Positions 17,925 through 28,073 of a stretch of 64,000 nt of DNA are shown here, piece after piece. Position 1 is the stretch's first letter. The number at the start of each line of letters is the position of its first letter. The stretch is from Patescibacteria group bacterium (GTDB lineage Bacteria > Patescibacteriota > WWE3 > JAMCXX01). Under the pieces are notes generated by a model. That model searched no databases. It had not been told where the DNA came from and was given only the letters and a program-made list of their open reading frames with translations. The stretch covers positions 196,217-260,216 of the forward strand of contig JAMCXX010000002.1 in assembly GCA_023474425.1 (NCBI GenBank), given 5' to 3'. The position numbers and the translations under genes were made by a program.

Positions 17925-18185
17925 TCACTTGGACGCTTGGCTTTTGCACCAAACTAAGTGTTTATTCCTAAAAGCCTGTCCTGAGTCTGTTTTTAGATAG
18001 TTTTCGAATCTCCTAGCCGAGAGACGGTCAGGGAAAGCGCAATACCAGACTGACTTAATCGGCCGCAAGTTTTTTGTTGACTTGCATTTTCCTTCTTGAT
18101 GCTCCATCAACCTTTCTTTAAGATTCGGTGACGACCCTGTATAGATATCCTCGTTGCTCAGTCTTAGCAAATATACGTAATACAC
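17925..18185 (-). CDS. GIY-YIG nuclease family protein (UPF0213-type)
   Basis: 86 aa with MYYVYLLRLSNEDIYTGSSPNLKERLMEHQEG, which covers the GIY and YIG motifs and the R..H element. It lies about 100 nt downstream of tRNA-Ser(GCU) on the same strand. Confidence 0.75.
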   Translation of the reverse strand: MYYVYLLRLSNEDIYTGSSPNLKERLMEHQEGKCKSTKNLRPIKSVWYCAFPDRLSARRFENYLKTDSGQAFRNKHLVWCKSQASK

Positions 18186-18289
18186 TATCTAACCAACTGG
18201 TAACCCTTCGCCGGAGGCTTCGGGTTACACTCCTAGCTCTACCTCGCTTCAGCTGGCCGAAGGCCACCCGAAGCTCGCAGAGCGTAGGG

Positions 18290-18378
18290 TGGCGGAGGGT
18301 GTGGGAGTCGAACCCACTCACGGCTTTTGACCGTGTACGGTTTAGCAAACCGCTGCCTTACCGTCCGGCCCACCCTCC
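18290..18378 (-). tRNA. tRNA-Ser(GCU), class II, CCA encoded
   Basis: The reverse complement reads GGAGGGT-GG-GCCG..-GCGGT-TTGCTAA-ACCGT-long variable arm-TGGGTTCGACTCCCA-ACCCTCC-G-CCA. The anticodon loop TTGCTAA gives anticodon GCT. Confidence 0.9.
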
Positions 18379-18448
18379 ACGATTATCGATGTACCCTTAA
18401 TTCTACCAGAGCTTGACACCTTTATTAAAGACACAGATACTATTTTTA

Positions 18449-18988
18449 ATGCCGCAAGACACCGTTAACCAAGCATCCGTTGGCGCCGAAAATCCGTCGG
18501 GCAAAGTGCTTCTGGAGTGGGAATCGCCCTCCCGCGTCTTTATTAGAAAGGACGACAAATATATTCGCACCGTCCTCCTAACTCTTTTGGCCATTGGCCT
18601 GGTCTTAATTTTCTTTCAGCAATTTTTGCTTTACGCCGTTTTTCTCTCCCTGGCTTTTGTCTCTTTTGTTCTGCGCACCGTGCCGCCGGAAAAAATAAAT
18701 CACAAAATCACTGAGTACGGCTTAACTTCGGCCAACCATAACTATTTATGGAAAGAACTCAAGGATTTTTGGTTTACCCGCCGGGGCGATTTTTTGGTGC
18801 TCAACGTGAACACTAATCTGCGTTTTCCGCCGCGTCTCTTTATGCTTATTGGTCCCGATAACAGCGCCGTTACCAAAGAGTTATTAATAAGCACGCTTTC
18901 TCTCCACCTTTCGTTTCGCGAACTGCCGCCGGATAACGCCGTGGACAAAATGTTGGACTCCTTCTCCCAAAAGTTCAGCCTCACTTAA
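18449..18988 (+). CDS. hypothetical two-TM membrane protein
   Basis: The ORF track starts at 18413 and the first ATG is at 18449 (MPQDTVNQ...). TM helices are VLLTLLAIGLVLIFF and LLYAVFLSLAFVSFVL. No family recognised. Confidence 0.55.
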   Translation: MPQDTVNQASVGAENPSGKVLLEWESPSRVFIRKDDKYIRTVLLTLLAIGLVLIFFQQFLLYAVFLSLAFVSFVLRTVPPEKINHKITEYGLTSANHNYLWKELKDFWFTRRGDFLVLNVNTNLRFPPRLFMLIGPDNSAVTKELLISTLSLHLSFRELPPDNAVDKMLDSFSQKFSLT

Positions 18989-20210
18989 CTTGAGTTCCGT
19001 AAATAAAAATTGTTCGCGGCCCAACCGGTTGAATGTAGCGGGGATTTACCGGGAAGTCGGAGATGAGGGGGTAAAAATAGGCAAAGACAGCCACAACCGT
19101 CAAAATTATGGAGAGAAAAAGCCAGCTGTCCCGCCGCTTAAGGTCCCTCAAAAAGAGGGATAAAAAGGTGTAGAGGAACGGCAGACCGACCAAAAAATAG
19201 TAGGGGTATTCAACACGGTTGGCCAAAAGCCAGGGCAAATAAAAACTTAGAACAAGGAGGCTTAGGAACTGTTTGGCCGGACTCAAGGGACTAAATTTCT
19301 CCCGCCAGAAATATTTGATTAAAAGAATCAGGGAGCCAAAAAAGATTAAGGGGTTGTACATAGCCCAGATTACCTGCACGCTACCGTTATCATTAAGTAT
19401 CGCGTCGTAGGCCCAGGCGGGATTTAAGACCCAGGCGAAGGCGTGGTTGGCAATATATTCCGGTAAAGAAAAATTAAAGCCGGTTCTCTGGGAGAAAGTA
19501 ATCCAGTTGTCTGCCATTTTAATCTGCAGCTTGCCAAAGGCGGCTAAAGAGTGGCGCCCAATGTAGGGCCAGTAGGTTAGCGTGTAAACTGCCCCCGTGA
19601 TTAAAAGCAGCAGTATAGCCAGGGCAATGAGCTGGCGGTATCTCCTTTCCTTAATCAAAACAATTATAAAAGGGATTAAAAGAAGAGGGGCTACCCATTT
19701 GGTGGCCAGGGCCAGGGCAAAGAAGGACGACCCAAAAATTAGAGAAGAAATATTTTCTGTCCGCAAGAATTTGTAGAGGAAATAAATGCTCCACCAGGAA
19801 AAGACGACGAAGAAAACCTCAATCGTGCCCAGACGCGAGTGAATGAAGTAGAGGAAATCCAGGTTAAGCAGGATCGTTGTTAGAGAAGCGACCGTAGTGT
19901 CAGCGCTTAGTTCTTTAACAAAAAGATAGACGGCCAGACTTCCAAGGAGCGAAAAGACAACCGGCAAAAACCTCCAGCCGTAGGCGTTGTCCCCAAAAAA
20001 TTTTATGCCCAAAGCCATAATCTCTTTGCCCAGGGGCGGGTGCTCAAAGTTGGGGTCGTCCTTGTTTTCCAAATAAGCTAAGGCGGCCGGGCGGTAAAAT
20101 TTACCTTCATCAAAAATGGCCTCCCCATAGTGATAGTCCAGCCGGTAAATTCTTAAAAAGAAACTTGAGATAAAAACTATCAGAAGAAACAAAAGTTCGC
20201 GTCGGCTCAT
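18981..20210 (-). CDS. PMT/ArnT-type (GT39/GT83-like) lipid-carrier-dependent glycosyltransferase
   Basis: 409 aa and polytopic. The first loop reads IFDEGKFYRPAALAYLENKDDPNFEHPPLGKEIMALG, containing the DE motif and HPPLGK typical of PMT_2 family enzymes. Confidence 0.7.
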   Translation of the reverse strand: MSRRELLFLLIVFISSFFLRIYRLDYHYGEAIFDEGKFYRPAALAYLENKDDPNFEHPPLGKEIMALGIKFFGDNAYGWRFLPVVFSLLGSLAVYLFVKELSADTTVASLTTILLNLDFLYFIHSRLGTIEVFFVVFSWWSIYFLYKFLRTENISSLIFGSSFFALALATKWVAPLLLIPFIIVLIKERRYRQLIALAILLLLITGAVYTLTYWPYIGRHSLAAFGKLQIKMADNWITFSQRTGFNFSLPEYIANHAFAWVLNPAWAYDAILNDNGSVQVIWAMYNPLIFFGSLILLIKYFWREKFSPLSPAKQFLSLLVLSFYLPWLLANRVEYPYYFLVGLPFLYTFLSLFLRDLKRRDSWLFLSIILTVVAVFAYFYPLISDFPVNPRYIQPVGPRTIFIYGTQVK

Positions 20211-20286
20211 AAGGAGATTATAACCTACCTTAAGAATCTGCCTGACCGGATTAGGTATAATAATATAATAGGAATCAGGATTTTTG

Positions 20287-20376
20287 GGAGAGGTCGCATA
20301 GTGGGCTAGTGCGCACGCTTGGAAAGCGTGTATGGCCGCAAGGCCATCGCGAGTTCGAATCTCGCCCTCTCCGCCA
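20287..20376 (+). tRNA. tRNA-Ser(GGA), class II, CCA encoded
   Basis: The sequence reads GGAGAGG-TC-GCAT..-CACGC-TTGGAAA-GCGTG-long variable arm-GCGAGTTCGAATCTCGC-CCTCTCC-G-CCA, giving anticodon GGA. Confidence 0.9.
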
Positions 20377-20389
20377 CCATTTTTAAATT

Positions 20390-22183
20390 ATGGCCAACGA
20401 GATTCAGCAAATTAAAGATAAAATTGACATCGTCGGCCTTATTTCCCAATACGTTCCGCTTAAGAAATCGGGCCGCAACTATAAAGGGCTTTGCCCATTC
20501 CACGCCGAAAAGACGCCCTCCTTTATGGTGTCCCCGGAATTACAGATTTTTAAGTGTTTCGGCTGTTCCGAGGGCGGCGACATTTTTGCCTTCCTTATGA
20601 AGAGAGAGGGCTTAGAATTTAAGGAAGCTTTGGAGGAGTTGGCCAAAAGAGCCGGGGTCAAGCTTTCCAGCTATTCGGCGCCGTCGAATGAGGACCAGCG
20701 GCGCGGCCGACTCCTGTCTGCCTTGAGTTTAAGCTCCCGGTTTTATAACTATTTACTCACGGAGCACCCGGCCGGTCGCGTTGCTCTAAAGTATTTGAGC
20801 GGCCGTGGTCTAACTCCCGAGACGATTAAAAAATTTCTATTAGGCTTTGCCCCCAATGAGCCCGACAGCCTCACCCGGTTTTTGCAGAAAAAAGGCTTTA
20901 GCCTGCCGGAAATTACCGAAGCCGGATTAGCTTTCCGCTCCGACCGCAACAATAAATTCTTTGATCGGTTCCGCGGCCGAGTTATGTTTCCTCTTTTTGA
21001 TTCCCGCGGTCAGGTGATTGGCTTTTCGGGCCGTTTGATTAAAGAATCGGGGGATGCCCCAAAGTATTTGAACAGTCCGGAAACGCCGGTTTTTAGCAAA
21101 AGCCGATTTCTCTTTGGTTTTAATCTGGCCCGCCCGTTTATTAAAAAGGCCGGCCGGGCGGTCCTGGTTGAAGGGCAGATGGATCTTATTAGCAACGTCC
21201 AGGCCGGCGTGGAGAACGCAGTGGCCACCTCGGGCACGGCTTTGACCGCCGACCAGTTAAAGATGATTAAAAAGCTGGCGCCGGAAGTGGTGTTTTGTTT
21301 CGACGCCGACGAAGCGGGACAAAAGGCTTTGGAGAGGTCGGTGGAGCTGGCTGAAGCCGAAGGTTTAACCAGTTTAGTCTCGCCCTTGCCCTTGGGTGTT
21401 AAAGACCCTGACGAAGCGGCGCAAAAAAAATTAGCCGAGTGGCAGGAGAGTTTGGCTAAACCCCTTTCTTTTTACGATTATTACTTTAACCTAAACACCG
21501 CCAATCTTTTAAAAAGCGACGCTTTGGGTAAAAAGAGAGCCGCCGATAAACTGTTGCCGATTCTTTCAAAGATAATTGACCCTCTGCAGAAAGCCCATTT
21601 TGTCAAAAAATTAGCCGAAAGTTTGGATTTGGAGGAGCGTTTTGTTCGCGAGGCTTTGGATAAAATGGTTGTCCCGTCAGACCGCGCCAAAGCCGAGGAC
21701 CGTCTAAGCTATCGGGTAATCGAGGGGTTAAAGGGACCAAAGCGGGCCGAAACCCTGCGCCGCTATGTTTTGTGCCTTTTACTGCGGTTTGATTTTTCCC
21801 TGGGTAAGAGGTATATTGGCAAGCTCGCCGCCAAGGATTTTGCCGGATCAGAAACCCAGCCCATTTTTACCCGACTTAAAGAAGTTTATAATGAGCGCGA
21901 AAGGAGTTTCGACCCGCTTGCCGTAAAAACCGGTTTGGCAGAGGAACCCGCCCGCATCTTTGAAGAATTAATGCTTTCTGACCTGGGCGAATTTGAGGAG
22001 GATAAAGGTCTTCAGGAAAAGGAGCTTGGCGCCGTGGCGGCGGAGTTAAAAAAAGAGACCCTAAAGTCGGAAGTGGAAGTACTCCTTGCGGAAATTCGCC
22101 GCGCGGAAAAGGAAAATGAGAAGGAGGAGCTTAAATCCCTGCAGGTCAAGCTTAACAACCTTTACCAAAAGCTTAAAGATTAG
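20390..22183 (+). CDS. dnaG: DNA primase DnaG
   Basis: 597 aa with the zinc-ribbon [34 protein letters not shown] and the TOPRIM region [10 protein letters not shown] ... FCFDADEAG. Confidence 0.9.
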   Translation: MANEIQQIKDKIDIVGLISQYVPLKKSGRNYKGLCPFHAEKTPSFMVSPELQIFKCFGCSEGGDIFAFLMKREGLEFKEALEELAKRAGVKLSSYSAPSNEDQRRGRLLSALSLSSRFYNYLLTEHPAGRVALKYLSGRGLTPETIKKFLLGFAPNEPDSLTRFLQKKGFSLPEITEAGLAFRSDRNNKFFDRFRGRVMFPLFDSRGQVIGFSGRLIKESGDAPKYLNSPETPVFSKSRFLFGFNLARPFIKKAGRAVLVEGQMDLISNVQAGVENAVATSGTALTADQLKMIKKLAPEVVFCFDADEAGQKALERSVELAEAEGLTSLVSPLPLGVKDPDEAAQKKLAEWQESLAKPLSFYDYYFNLNTANLLKSDALGKKRAADKLLPILSKIIDPLQKAHFVKKLAESLDLEERFVREALDKMVVPSDRAKAEDRLSYRVIEGLKGPKRAETLRRYVLCLLLRFDFSLGKRYIGKLAAKDFAGSETQPIFTRLKEVYNERERSFDPLAVKTGLAEEPARIFEELMLSDLGEFEEDKGLQEKELGAVAAELKKETLKSEVEVLLAEIRRAEKENEKEELKSLQVKLNNLYQKLKD

Positions 22184-22212
22184 TTTCCGGTTCGCGTATA
22201 ATAAGATTGATT

Positions 22213-23469
<1,257 letters not shown>

Positions 23470-23480
23470 ATCCCATAGTC

Positions 23481-23509
23481 TTGACAGATTACTAATTTGA
23501 TGCTATAAT
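23481..23509 (+). promoter_or_regulatory. perfect consensus sigma-70 promoter (TTGACA-N17-TATAAT)
   Basis: TTGACA at 23481-23486 is followed by a 17-nt spacer and TATAAT at 23504-23509, 12 nt after the rpoD stop. The next convincing start codon is 256 nt downstream at 23765. Confidence 0.6.
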
Positions 23510-23640
23510 AAAGGGGTAAAACTGAATAAGGACCACCCTACGCTAAAGCTTCGGGGTGGCAGGGGAGAGCCCTAAACCACTCGTTCTGCTCGGGTGTTAG
23601 GGTAAAACATAAGGCCATTGTTACAGGGTTTTGGTACCAT

Positions 23641-23681
23641 CGTCATTCTGGCTTGGGCGCTGAGCGCCCCTTGTCCAGAAT
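23641..23681. repeat. CGTCATYCTG-family element, copy 2 (truncated)
   Basis: The sequence is cgtcattctggcttgggcgctgagcgccccttgtccagaat. Inverted repeats are attctgg/ccagaat and the inner palindrome is gggcgctgagcgccc. It lacks the terminal gaatgacg arm. Confidence 0.5.
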
Positions 23682-23764
23682 CCGTCTCTCCAAGATCTAA
23701 AATAACGGCTTTATTGATTATTGAAAGCACAACAAAAACTCACACACACTCGAGGAGGTGTACA

Positions 23765-24187
23765 ATGTCAGCTTGGATTAGCATTCGGGACGAGCACGGA
23801 GAGCTGGTTTTCAGCAAAAAGATCGGGCGGCACGCCGGTTGTGTGCTCGAATACGGTGTCAAGACCGAGCGGGGCACAGGTGCCGAGGCAAGCTGGACCT
23901 ACAACTACGACGGGGTTTGGAACGAAATCGATTGGAACCCGATTCAGTGGCTGAAGGAGAACAACGGCTGCGTTAAAGCTGACGCGAACGTTGTTGCCTT
24001 TCTGTTCACACAGTTGTTGAGGGTCCACAAACTGCCCGACCAGAATCGCGACCGCCTTGCTTCGGAGCGGCCGAGTACAAATGATCTGTTTGATGCCACC
24101 CCCTTGAACGCTGCAGGTATGCTTGTTTGGATTCTGACCTGGCTCATGGAGCCCGGGGCAGCGTCCATTTGGCTCGGCCTGCATTAG
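23765..24187 (+). CDS. hypothetical protein (GC-richer foreign-looking module)
   Basis: 140 aa (MSAWISIRDEHGELVFSKK...). A strong SD reads cgAGGAGGtgtacaATG. Codon third positions are visibly GC-richer than in neighbouring genes. No family recognised. Confidence 0.55.
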   Translation: MSAWISIRDEHGELVFSKKIGRHAGCVLEYGVKTERGTGAEASWTYNYDGVWNEIDWNPIQWLKENNGCVKADANVVAFLFTQLLRVHKLPDQNRDRLASERPSTNDLFDATPLNAAGMLVWILTWLMEPGAASIWLGLH

Positions 24188-24201
24188 AACGGCAGGATAC
24201 C

Positions 24202-24378
24202 GTGAACCTATCACAAGATCGGTTCGTGGTTTCCCTAAGACTTTTGAAGAGGTTCGAAGGTCTGGGGGAGAACATTCGGCACTTTGAAAATCAACTGGGG
24301 TATTCGGTAATTGGAAGTGTAGAAGTAATCTATATTTCCAGCTGCCGATTACCCCTTTCGCCAGCCGGCGAATTGTAA
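24202..24378 (+). CDS. possible small protein (58 aa)
   Basis: A GTG start lies in frame with track ORF 24127-24378, giving VNLSQDRFVVSLRLLKRFEGLGENIRHFENQLGY... The SD is weak. It would fill the gap between two module genes. Confidence 0.25.
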   Translation: MNLSQDRFVVSLRLLKRFEGLGENIRHFENQLGYSVIGSVEVIYISSCRLPLSPAGEL

Positions 24379-24438
24379 AGAGTTTAAGGGCTTGGGTGCC
24401 AAGTCCTGAGACGAGGTTAATCACAAAAGGAGCACAAA

Positions 24439-24885
24439 GTGAAAAGTCGCTTGAGCAACAATCAGAGCCACGAGCTGAGGTTATTCGAGACTCTGATGGC
24501 TCGGGTCGAAGAACTTCAAGAATTAGACGGATTGGATCGGCTCAAAATCGAACTGCACGAATGGGGGTTCTTTATCACCATCGAAGAAGAATCGCAATTC
24601 GAAGTAGTCTATTGGGTCGGTCTCTACATTTATCGAACGCCACTTCGCGTCGAGGCCAAGAATGCCAACGATTCCCAAAAAGGACCGAAACCCTTTAGGG
24701 AAACGAGGAAGCTTCTCCAGCGGCTTATCCAAGAGATTGAGTCCCAGATTTGTTGGGCGACGCGGGACGCACAAATCGAGGAGCAAGGGCCAGACTATCC
24801 GGATGAGAGAGAAGAAGGTGAGCCGGAAAGATTCACTGAAGTCAACTTGGGCGACGATGCTGGGGGCTTTAAGATATACGAATAA
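24439..24885 (+). CDS. hypothetical acidic protein (GC-richer module)
   Basis: 148 aa with a GTG start preceded by aAAGGAGcacaaaGTG. The C-terminus is acidic (EEQGPDYPDEREEGEPERF). No family recognised. Confidence 0.55.
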   Translation: MKSRLSNNQSHELRLFETLMARVEELQELDGLDRLKIELHEWGFFITIEEESQFEVVYWVGLYIYRTPLRVEAKNANDSQKGPKPFRETRKLLQRLIQEIESQICWATRDAQIEEQGPDYPDEREEGEPERFTEVNLGDDAGGFKIYE

Positions 24886-24907
24886 CCGCCAACCGGTTAC
24901 GGCAGCA

Positions 24908-24950
24908 AAACGCGCTTTGAGGAAATATTCTTGAGGCGCGTTTGTCGTTT
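24908..24950 (+). terminator. possible stem-loop terminator of the 23.5-24.9 kb module
   Basis: aaacgcgc (24908-24915) pairs with gcgcgttt (24936-24943), followed by a T-rich tract gtcgtttctgttcccttttt. The loop is large at 20 nt. Confidence 0.3.
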
Positions 24951-24992
24951 CTGTTCCCTTTTTGTTCCACGATCGTGGAGGTAAAAGGGAAA

Positions 24993-25502
24993 TTATTTTG
25001 TGGTTTTGAGGAATTTGTAATGTAATTTGTGATTTAGGGTTTTAGCCAGTTCAAATCCGCCAAAGAATAAAGCCGTATAAGAAAGGTCGCCCAAAACCGT
25101 GTTTCTAAAGAAGGGAATGGCGGCCGTGTAGCAGGCAATTAGCCCAGTCAGATTGTGAGGATACCAGCCTTGCGCCCAGACGCCGAAGTTTGTTACCACA
25201 AAAAAGAGGACCGAAGACAGAAGGGCAGAGGAAAGAATCGTGAAGGGAGATTTATGATTTCTCAGCCATAGACCGGCAAGCCCGATTAAAATAAAACTTC
25301 CGTAAACATAGAACATGGTTGGACCATAATAGCCGCTAAGTATGAGGTCGGAAACGAGCATTGTTAGGAGGGGAATAATAATGGCGTCTCTTTTACGAAG
25401 ATAAGCGCCGCCAAAAAGGGCCAGGGCGGCAATTGGCGCGAAGTTGGGCGGGTGGGGCAAAAGGCGGGATAAAGCTCCCAGTAATATAAAAAAATACACC
25501 AT
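24993..25502 (-). CDS. polytopic membrane protein (DUF6580-like, putative vitamin transporter component)
   Basis: 169 aa with 5-6 TM helices. The N-terminus LSRLLPHPPNFAPIAALALFGGAY resembles proteins usually paired with DUF4430. The assignment is from memory only. Confidence 0.4.
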   Translation of the reverse strand: MVYFFILLGALSRLLPHPPNFAPIAALALFGGAYLRKRDAIIIPLLTMLVSDLILSGYYGPTMFYVYGSFILIGLAGLWLRNHKSPFTILSSALLSSVLFFVVTNFGVWAQGWYPHNLTGLIACYTAAIPFFRNTVLGDLSYTALFFGGFELAKTLNHKLHYKFLKTTK

Positions 25503-25519
25503 TAAAAATTAGGTCATGT

Positions 25520-25930
25520 CTACTCCGGTTTTATAAACCGCCACTCAATCTTTTCCCTGTCTTGGCAGTGGTAGCTGTCGGCGCTTTCCGTGGCTGATTT
25601 TCCGTCAACAAAAAAAATCCAGTCCCTGCCGTCGGTCCCGTTTTTAACCCCGTTTATGGCTGTAATCATTTTGCCGAAGGAGTAGATTTTAACTTCCACC
25701 TGATTTTTGGCGGCTCTCTCCAAAAGGTCAAAGGCCGTTTTTTTAGGTTCACAATTGTAAGAAAGATTTGGCGTTTGAGTTTGAGCCGAAGGGGTGCCCT
25801 GGGCGTTTTGGCTTACGGGGGGAGTTGTTTCCGGCGCCCGCAAGACTTGACGAAGTCTTGGTTGAATGGCTACGGTTACCGCTAAATAGGCCGCCAAAAG
25901 AATTAAGAGAACGGCAATTTTTTTAGTCAT
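25520..25930 (-). CDS. DUF4430 domain protein (transcobalamin-like binding domain)
   Basis: 136 aa with a signal anchor. The C-terminal pattern FDLLERAAKNQVEVKIYSFGKMITAINGVKNGTDGRDWIFFVDGKSA...EKIEWRF is typical of DUF4430. Confidence 0.55.
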   Translation of the reverse strand: MTKKIAVLLILLAAYLAVTVAIQPRLRQVLRAPETTPPVSQNAQGTPSAQTQTPNLSYNCEPKKTAFDLLERAAKNQVEVKIYSFGKMITAINGVKNGTDGRDWIFFVDGKSATESADSYHCQDREKIEWRFIKPE

Positions 25931-25954
25931 ATTTAGAATTATTCAAGGTTAATC

Positions 25955-26785
25955 TTGGAGGCCTCTTTCGTCAAGTTTGAGGCCAAGTTGACGGCGCCGA
26001 TTTTTAACTCTTTAATGGATTTAATGTCCAAATATTCCGAGAAATATTTTTTGTTTTTTTTGCCCCTTATTTTACTGCCGCTTAGTGGTGCGCCCGGCCG
26101 CGAGTTTACGCTCAATGCCTCCGGCTCGGTAGTTTTAAAAGGCCAGGTTTTGGGGCAGGAAATTAAAGTGCCTTCCGACAGCAGCGATACCTTTGTTTTC
26201 TCGGCCGATAAATATGAGCTTAAGAATGAAAACGGTCAAATTAAAGTCAGCGCCTTTTCCGCTAAAGAGTCCACGCCCTCTGCCCAAGGTTTTGAGTTAA
26301 ACCGAGGTAGTGAGAGCCTAAAAATTTCCACGGCGGGCGAGGGCTTTAGCCTAACCGACAACGATATTTCCGCTAAAACCGAATTTCCTCTGGCCATTGA
26401 CCGTGCCTCGGGCGCCCTTTCTCTTATTACTCCCGACGGCGAAAAAATCCTTCGCTACACCCCGGCCCAGGTGGCCGACCGGCTCATTAAAGAGGGGGTT
26501 ATGACCGCCGTCCAAGTTTCCCGCAAAGAAGTTTTAGAAGCGTCTTCCTCGGCCTCGGTTTCCGCCGCGCCAAGTTTTAAGTTTTTGGATTCCCTTATGA
26601 GCATTAACAACACCCCGGACGGGAACGCTGTTTATACCGTTAGCGGCACCAGAGCAGTGCGGTTTTTGGGTTTTCTACCGCTCACCTTGAGTGTTGCGGC
26701 TCGGGTGGATGCACAAACCGGGCGCGTGGTAAGCGTTAGCGAGCCCTGGTTTTTGTCAAAACTCGGTTTTCTTTTTACCAACTAG
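25955..26785 (+). CDS. hypothetical exported protein
   Basis: 276-aa ORF with a hydrophobic segment YFLFFLPLILLPLSGAPG near the N-terminus. The start codon is uncertain. No family recognised. Confidence 0.5.
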   Translation: MEASFVKFEAKLTAPIFNSLMDLMSKYSEKYFLFFLPLILLPLSGAPGREFTLNASGSVVLKGQVLGQEIKVPSDSSDTFVFSADKYELKNENGQIKVSAFSAKESTPSAQGFELNRGSESLKISTAGEGFSLTDNDISAKTEFPLAIDRASGALSLITPDGEKILRYTPAQVADRLIKEGVMTAVQVSRKEVLEASSSASVSAAPSFKFLDSLMSINNTPDGNAVYTVSGTRAVRFLGFLPLTLSVAARVDAQTGRVVSVSEPWFLSKLGFLFTN

Positions 26786-26801
26786 CCCTGCCTCCTTCCG
26801 T

Positions 26802-27464
26802 ATGTTGATTGATTTAAGGATTCTTATTCAGGGGCTGGCCACGGGCGACCCCACCTCCTATATTTCCGTTTTTTTGCTTCTCGTTTTAAACGAAGTCGGC
26901 ATTCCCCTGCCCATTGTTTACGAAACCCTGCTCTTAATAACCGGCTATAGCTTGGCCCAAGGGCGGTTCGCCTATTTATTCACCGTTGTTTTTGGCAGTT
27001 TTGGCTCGGTGGTCGGCGCCAGCCTCGTCTTCTTTTTTTTCTACATTTTTGGGCCGGAAATATTGGACTCGCGGCTTTTGCGCCGTTTCCATGCCAAAGT
27101 TAATCTTCTTAAAGAGTTAATTTCCCAGCGGGAGATTACGGACGTGGCTTTGGGGCGCTTGACCCCGGGTTTGGTGGGTTTAACCAGCGTGGCCTCGGGG
27201 CTTTTACGACTTAATTATTTTAAGTTCGTTTTGGGTATTTTAGTTTCCAACCTCGTCTGGGCGGCTATTTTAATTTCGCTGGGGTTTTTTTTGGGCCAGA
27301 CCTCGGAGAGGTTTAGCGGTCAGATTACGCTTTTGGTCGGATTTTTTTCATTAATTGTTTTTGTTTTTACGGCCAAAAGAATTGTAGCCAGACTTCGCTC
27401 CCGCCCAACTCCGCCAATAGTCAGCGGAGAGGCTCAAAAACCTATTAACGAACAGAATATCTAA
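26802..27464 (+). CDS. DedA/VTT-domain membrane protein
   Basis: 220 aa with FLLLVLNEVGIPLPIVYETLLLITGY and RLTPGLVGLTSVASG, typical DedA (SNARE-associated) motifs. Confidence 0.7.
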   Translation: MLIDLRILIQGLATGDPTSYISVFLLLVLNEVGIPLPIVYETLLLITGYSLAQGRFAYLFTVVFGSFGSVVGASLVFFFFYIFGPEILDSRLLRRFHAKVNLLKELISQREITDVALGRLTPGLVGLTSVASGLLRLNYFKFVLGILVSNLVWAAILISLGFFLGQTSERFSGQITLLVGFFSLIVFVFTAKRIVARLRSRPTPPIVSGEAQKPINEQNI

Positions 27465-27535
27465 GGTTAAATGTTATAATTATGGTCGAAGACATTAATA
27501 TTCCGGTGTAGCTCAGTGGTAGAGCGAGCGCCTGT

Positions 27536-28073
27536 AGAACTTTGACAACCGCCTGGATTAAGCTAAAATAGACCTGATGGCGAAAGAAAACCGAAAGTAT
27601 AAAGATAGAGCCTCATACATGGTTGCCGCCGTTTCCAAGAGGCGAAAGCGCTTAAAGGAGATGGCTATTAAGCTTAAAGGATCGAAATGCAACTTTTGTG
27701 GCTATAGTCGGTGCGTTGGTGCTCTTGAGTTCCACCACATCAATGAGGGAACCAAGAACTTTGACCTCTCCACTCGAGGACTTACACGCAGTTGGGACAA
27801 GATCAGAGAAGAACTTAAAAAATGCATTTTAGTCTGCGCTAATTGTCATCGGGAAATCCATAGCGGTTTACTGCAGCTTCCGAAGGTAACTTCGGTTGAA
27901 AAATTGGGTGAACTGTCGGGAAGCCTAAATTCCGTTTAGCCGGAACAGGGTAATCCGCAGCCAAGTCCCGACGCAACGGTCGGGAAAGGTTCAGAGACTA
28001 TGCGCCCAATCCCGAAACGTAAAGTCGCCGGGAAAGAGATAGTCCAAGCCTTAAAGAAATTTAGGGGCACTTG
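27536..28073 (+). mobile_element. group I intron in the tRNA anticodon loop
   Basis: Conserved core elements are present: Q-like AATCCGCAGCCAAGTCC (27952-27968), R GTTCAGAGACTA (27989-28000) and S AAGAGATAGTCC (28034-28045). R and S give the GACTA/TAGTC P7 pairing. With this register the 5' exon ends in U and the intron ends in G. The intron contains an HNH ORF. Confidence 0.75.
27577..27939 (+). CDS. HNH endonuclease (intron-encoded, putative homing endonuclease)
   Basis: 120 aa with CNFCGYSRCVGALEFHHINEGTKNFDLS...LVCANCHREIHSG, the HNH pattern CxxC...HH...N...CxxCHxxxH. It lies wholly inside the intron. Confidence 0.8.
   Translation: MAKENRKYKDRASYMVAAVSKRRKRLKEMAIKLKGSKCNFCGYSRCVGALEFHHINEGTKNFDLSTRGLTRSWDKIREELKKCILVCANCHREIHSGLLQLPKVTSVEKLGELSGSLNSV

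Noticed and set aside
18118-18400. Two overlapping ORFs (76 aa minus, 90 aa plus)
   Set aside because: They cover tRNA-Ser(GCU) and its GC-rich hairpin spacer and are not protein-coding.
23768-24424. 218-aa minus-strand ORF covering the first GC-richer module
   Set aside because: It is antisense to a plus-strand ORF that has a strong AGGAGG SD. Its composition is Pro/Gly/Arg-rich and low-complexity, typical of an antisense frame in GC-richer DNA.
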